A DNA stretch of 64,000 bases from Paraspadella gotoi (lineage: Eukaryota; Animalia; Chaetognatha): contig CM119268.1 in NCBI GenBank assembly GCA_051294375.1, forward strand, positions 11,967,585-12,031,584. Direction: 5' to 3'. Position 1 is the first letter of the stretch, and every line of letters begins with the position of its first letter. Shown piece by piece: positions 59,706 to 64,000 of this stretch. The notes under the pieces were generated by a model. That model was not told where the DNA came from. It did no database searches and was given only the letters and a program-made list of their open reading frames with translations. The position numbers and the translations under genes were made by a program.

Positions 59706-60214
59706 AGAGAGAGAGGCCCAGCGAGGCGTGAGGTGGCTAAGGGACAGTGGACGAGGATTGGCGCGAAGATCAAAAAGGTCGGGCGATGGGCGGGTTGGGG
59801 GTGGGATGGAGAGATGGGTGGATGGATAGGGTGGTGAGGTGGTTGGTGGAAAGGACGAGGCGCTAAAGTGGGTCGGAGTATAGTAGGGGTGGCGACGGAG
59901 GAGGAGTAGGAGGAGGAGGTGGAGGAGGAGGAGGCGAGTCGTGGGCGGAAAAGTCGGGGGCGAGGCTTCGTTCTTTAGTGTTTCCGCGATTCTTTTATTT
60001 TTACTCGTGAAGGTTTTGTTAATTTATATGTTGGGTTATTATTATTTGGTTTNNNNNNNNNNNNNNNNNNNNNNNNNNNNNNNNNNNNNNNNNNNNNNNN
60101 NNNNNNNNNNNNNNNNNNNNNNNNNNNNNNNNNNNNNNNNNNNNNNNNNNNNNNNNNNNNNNNNNNNNNNNNNNNNNNNNNNNNNNNNNNNNNNNNNNNN
60201 NNNNNNNTACTACT

Positions 60215-60242
60215 TCACGTCACGTCACGTCATGTCACGTCA
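60215..60242 (+). repeat. (TCACG)n pentamer array (tandem CGTCA/TGACG CRE half-sites)
   Basis: tcacgtcacgtcacgtcatgtcacgtca lies directly after an N gap. Confidence 0.75.
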
Positions 60243-61191
60243 AAATCCTTGACCAAAGGATTGAACTTACTCGAAGGAAGGAAAGCTAGATTAAATTAAT
60301 TATTTGTACAAGTTATCCGTAACCATCGATAACATTAGCCGCAAGATAATCAATGTTGCTGATAATTTATTAATTAATTTGGGTTTTTTTTTTTTGTCCC
60401 TCGTCAAGAGTCAACGTCGCGTCGCGTCTCTCGATAGAATTTCGTCTCGAGTCTCAGACTCGAAAGGGAAAAAAGAAAATGCGCGAGGGTCAAACGTCGA
60501 ATTTTTGACGCCAAGAAGGAGAAGATGAGGAAGGAGAGGAAGAAGAAAGAGAAAGTAGAAGAAGAAGAGAACGATTAAAGGAGATGAAAGAAATAATTAG
60601 GCGGTCAACAAAGGAAGGGGAAGAAGTATAGATGGAAATGTTAATGATAGAATCAAAATAATAAATCCAAAATACATAATAGGTGGGAGAGTAAACAAAG
60701 TGGAATTTAAAATTGAGACGGCGAGGTTGAAGAATCGAATAAAGAATGAGACACAAGCAGCAGTCGATGGAAACGATGTCCAAAGTCGGGGGCAAGATGG
60801 TTTGTTGAAATAATGTATAATTAGATATTTGTTACACCAATTGCTTACAAAGACGATCTTGATGATTATGAATGTGATGATGACGACGACGAAAACGACG
60901 AGAAAGGATGAAGACGAAGAGTAAGAAGAGAAATAAGACGAAGACGAAGTCTGATAAGAAAGAAGCAGAAGAAATCTGACGTTGCAGAGACCCGGAGATC
61001 GAAGGGGCAAAGGCCGCGGGCCAGGGGGGCGGGGCCAAAAGGGGGGTAGGGGGAGAGAGAGGACGATGGAGGCGGGCAGGGCCGCGGGGGCAGTGAGGGC
61101 ACGGGCGGACGAACGCGGGCAGACGGGCGCGGGCAGAGGCCGAGGAAGAGGGCACCCAATGCATGAGAGAATAAACGAAATAAGACGGAAC

Positions 61192-61243
<52 letters not shown>

Positions 61244-61699
61244 TGGCGAAATTTAGACGGTGGTTGCCAAGTGTGCTGTGGCCCTTAGCAAAACATCATT
61301 TGGAAGGGAAAAATTTTGTCGTTTTTGTTAAGGAGACGTTCGTCAGCAAGCATCGATCAAGCAATTAATCTTATTTTGTTTTTTTTTTTGTAAGCATTTC
61401 GTATTGTTGATAAAACTAAAAACGACCTACGTTTTATGGCCGAGTTTCTTAATAATTTAATATTTAATTTGACGGGACTTTTTGTGATTCTGGACAAAAA
61501 TTCCCTATTTCTACCACTGACACTTAAACAAAAGTGACATCGACGATATTTCCTACATTACCAATCAGCGTCGCCAACCGAATCAATCGACGCTCGCCAT
61601 TCTCCGATGTCGGCGCCGTTTCAATTATTCACGTTGGGTCTCATTTATTCGCGTTGATTTAAATTCTCTTTCGCTTCAATTTTTCACTCGCGCCTCTCT

Positions 61700-61704
61700 C
61701 TTCT

Positions 61705-61793
<89 letters not shown>

Positions 61794-62170
61794 ACATTTT
61801 TTTCCCTTCCGCGCAACTCTGTACACAAACGCGGCCGCCGCCGCCGCAACGTCCGAAGGCGAAATGAGATTCGCCGCTGAAATCAAAACAAATGAAAGCG
61901 GCGCCGCTATGCTTGGACAGCGCCGGTTGGCGCAGACGACGCCGCTTAGCTTGGACAGCGCCGGCATCGGTGGACCAACGTCGGGGCCTCGGGAGGGAAG
62001 AGAAGGCTGGCGAACTGGAGACCAATCAAAGCTTTGACCGATTGTAAAAACAGAGACTAATTACTGCGGACGTCAATGGGGAAAAAACGCCCGAGGATTG
62101 AAAATTGCTTGGAGGCTGCGACCAATCAGATCTTGACCGAAGAAATAAAGGGAGATTGATGATTGTAAAA
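61700..62170 (-). promoter_or_regulatory. Putative promoter and non-coding first exon of the BCL11-like gene
   Basis: GC-rich island at 61830-62010, two GACCAATCA boxes (62020, 62120), a (GA)n tract at 61708-61788 and a minus-strand donor AG|gtaaga at 61707. It lies just downstream of the CNNM 3' end and upstream of the BCL11 coding exons. Confidence 0.4.
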
Positions 62171-62589
62171 ACGAAGGGAGTTTGATCTGGAGGCACCTTG
62201 CTGTAATAAATCGAAATGAAGTTACGTCAAAATCAAATTTTCAGTGAAGGTTGATCTTATTGTTAATATTTTTTTTCTATTGTTGTTTAGTCGCGTGTAT
62301 AACTTTTACGATCAATTATTATTAGCTTGACTAAGTAAAAATAAACAATTACTGCGATCGAGGGAAGAAATGAAGTCGTTAATGATTTTCAGATTTTAAA
62401 ATTGCGAAAGCATCAGGTTCTCTGCTTTCGACTACAGCCTATCAAGTCTTGACCAAAGAGAAAACAAATACAAACGGAAAACGACGATAAGGCAGACGAC
62501 GACGACGACGACCACGTTTGCATAATTAAAAAAGAAGCGCTGTCGGCCAGCCTTTCTCTAATTGGCCACCGCTCAAAGTCCCTGAACAT

Positions 62590-62595
62590 TTTATT
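62590..62595 (-). terminator. Candidate polyadenylation signal (AATAAA) of the CNNM gene
   Basis: tttatt on the + strand about 350 nt downstream of the CNNM stop, at the end of a U-rich 3'UTR-like stretch. Confidence 0.45.
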
Positions 62596-62944
62596 AAAAC
62601 GAAAACAAGAGGAAAAAAAATGATGTATTTACAAAGCGTTATTAAATATTCAGAAGAACCGACCGGTTTTTTTTTTTTTTTTACATGTAAATGAAAATGA
62701 AATTTTAGCCTCGTAACACCAAATTAAATACAATAATAAACCTGGTTAAACTAATACAATCAATAACTGCATATATGTACGTTGTGTTGGATGAAAACAA
62801 AAACGGAAAACAAAATAAACGGGAATGTTCACCATAATCCATAAGTCAAAACAGGGTCTACAGAGAAAATTTAAAAAAAAAGCCTGTGTTACAGCGACTA
62901 CCAAATTAAAAATTAAAATATCAAGAATAACGACTAAATCAACT

Positions 62945-63658
62945 TCATATGAGTTTAGAATAGTTGTTGTTTCCGGATGTGGTTTCGGGCGTCGGCTCTT
63001 CTACTTCCACCATCACTTTCGGGACATCTCCATTGGCATCGCCACCACCACCACCACCACCACCGCCACCACCACCCTTCCCACTATCTACGCCTCCACT
63101 TCCACCTCCTCCGCCCTTCGTCTTCTCCCACTCCTCGCTGAAGGCGTCCCCCATTCCCGCCTCCAGCTCGGACGCCCTCTTCGCCGCCAAGTAGTGCGAC
63201 CTCGTGACTTTCAAGATCCTCGTCGCCTGCACAGTTTTCACCGTAAAGTCGGGCACGTAGGGCGCCCGATGGACGGACGCCCGACGGAGGAACTTGGGCG
63301 TGGCGGAGACTGAGAGACGCCCGGAGGCGCCGTCATGCGACGGCGTAAATCGTCCGTCTTCGTCGTCGTCCCTGAAGCTGGGATTGGCGAATCCGCCTCC
63401 GGCTCCGCCGCCTCCGTCCGCTCGTCCTCTTTTCGACGCCCTCACCTCAGCCTCTCGGCTCAACACTTCCGACAAGGCCTGCGCCGCGAAGTAGGTGAAG
63501 GCGCCCGACTCGTACTCGAGGTTGTCCTTTCCGACGGAGACTTGGACGCGCCCTTCGAGGACGAGGCAGAAAAAGTCGGCGGGGCGACCGGCTTCGTAGA
63601 GGGTCACCGGTTTGGTGTCCTTGTGAGGAAGGCGGACCACGAGTTCATTCTTTTTTAC
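62945..63658 (-). CDS. CNNM2: CNNM-family (cyclin M/ACDP, Drosophila unextended) metal transporter, terminal coding exon with the cyclic-nucleotide-binding-homology domain; rest of gene lies beyond the window
   Basis: LYEAGRPADFFCLVLEGRVQVSVGKDNLEYESGAFTYFAAQAL and YVPDFTVKTVQATRILKVTRSHYLAAKRAS match the two halves of the CNNM CNBH domain (recalled CNNM2: [43 protein letters not shown] ... [28 protein letters not shown]). Acceptor cccctcag at 63659-63666 and stop at 62945-62947. Confidence 0.9.
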   Translation of the reverse strand, partial: VKKNELVVRLPHKDTKPVTLYEAGRPADFFCLVLEGRVQVSVGKDNLEYESGAFTYFAAQALSEVLSREAEVRASKRGRADGGGGAGGGFANPSFRDDDEDGRFTPSHDGASGRLSVSATPKFLRRASVHRAPYVPDFTVKTVQATRILKVTRSHYLAAKRASELEAGMGDAFSEEWEKTKGGGGGSGGVDSGKGGGGGGGGGGGGDANGDVPKVMVEVEEPTPETTSGNNNYSKLI

Positions 63659-64000
63659 CTGAGGGGAACGAATCGATTCTTAATGTTATTTGCATATAGC
63701 AGCATCCTGAATTCCTGTTAGTTTCTTAAAAGCTTTCCACTCTTTTATAGATTGTTCATAGAGTGATAGGGTGTAGAGAGGAGAACATGAAATATAGATT
63801 GACGTTATTGGAGGATAATTATTGAAAAATAAAATCGGTCTCCGCTTTTAATTAACTGTTTTGGCGGGCATATAATAGTCATTTTGTAATGTATATATAA
63901 TCAGAAAAAGTTAAGATAATTTTAAAATTGACTTTCAATTTCGAATTTCTGATTAAAACTTAACAAACTCTGACAGATCTGGCTTAATTTCGGAACCTTC

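Overview
Eukaryotic animal genomic DNA, probably from an invertebrate or arthropod. Introns and intergenic DNA are AT-rich, exons are GC-rich, (GA/CT)n microsatellites are dense, and there are ten N gaps. Two protein-coding genes are recognisable, both on the minus strand. (1) A multi-exon BCL11A/BCL11B (CTIP; Drosophila Chronophage/CG9650)-type zinc-finger transcription factor spans about 41860-48461. Five exons are well supported, one upstream exon is a candidate, and the model is about 1510 aa after correcting a 1-nt frameshift near 46800. (2) The last coding exon of a CNNM/unextended metal transporter (CNBH domain) lies at 62945-63658. Bases 1-41000 contain no confidently identifiable gene. 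They are dominated by an apparent ~16 kb tandem duplication (about 5.7-23.4 kb versus 24.4-40.6 kb), a third ~1 kb copy and a local inverted copy. These abut 25-N gaps and differ mostly by single-base indels, so they look like long-read gap-filling or haplotype assembly artefacts. I found no convincing previously undescribed biological system. The most notable biological oddities are in the BCL11 protein architecture and in some clustered regulatory motifs.
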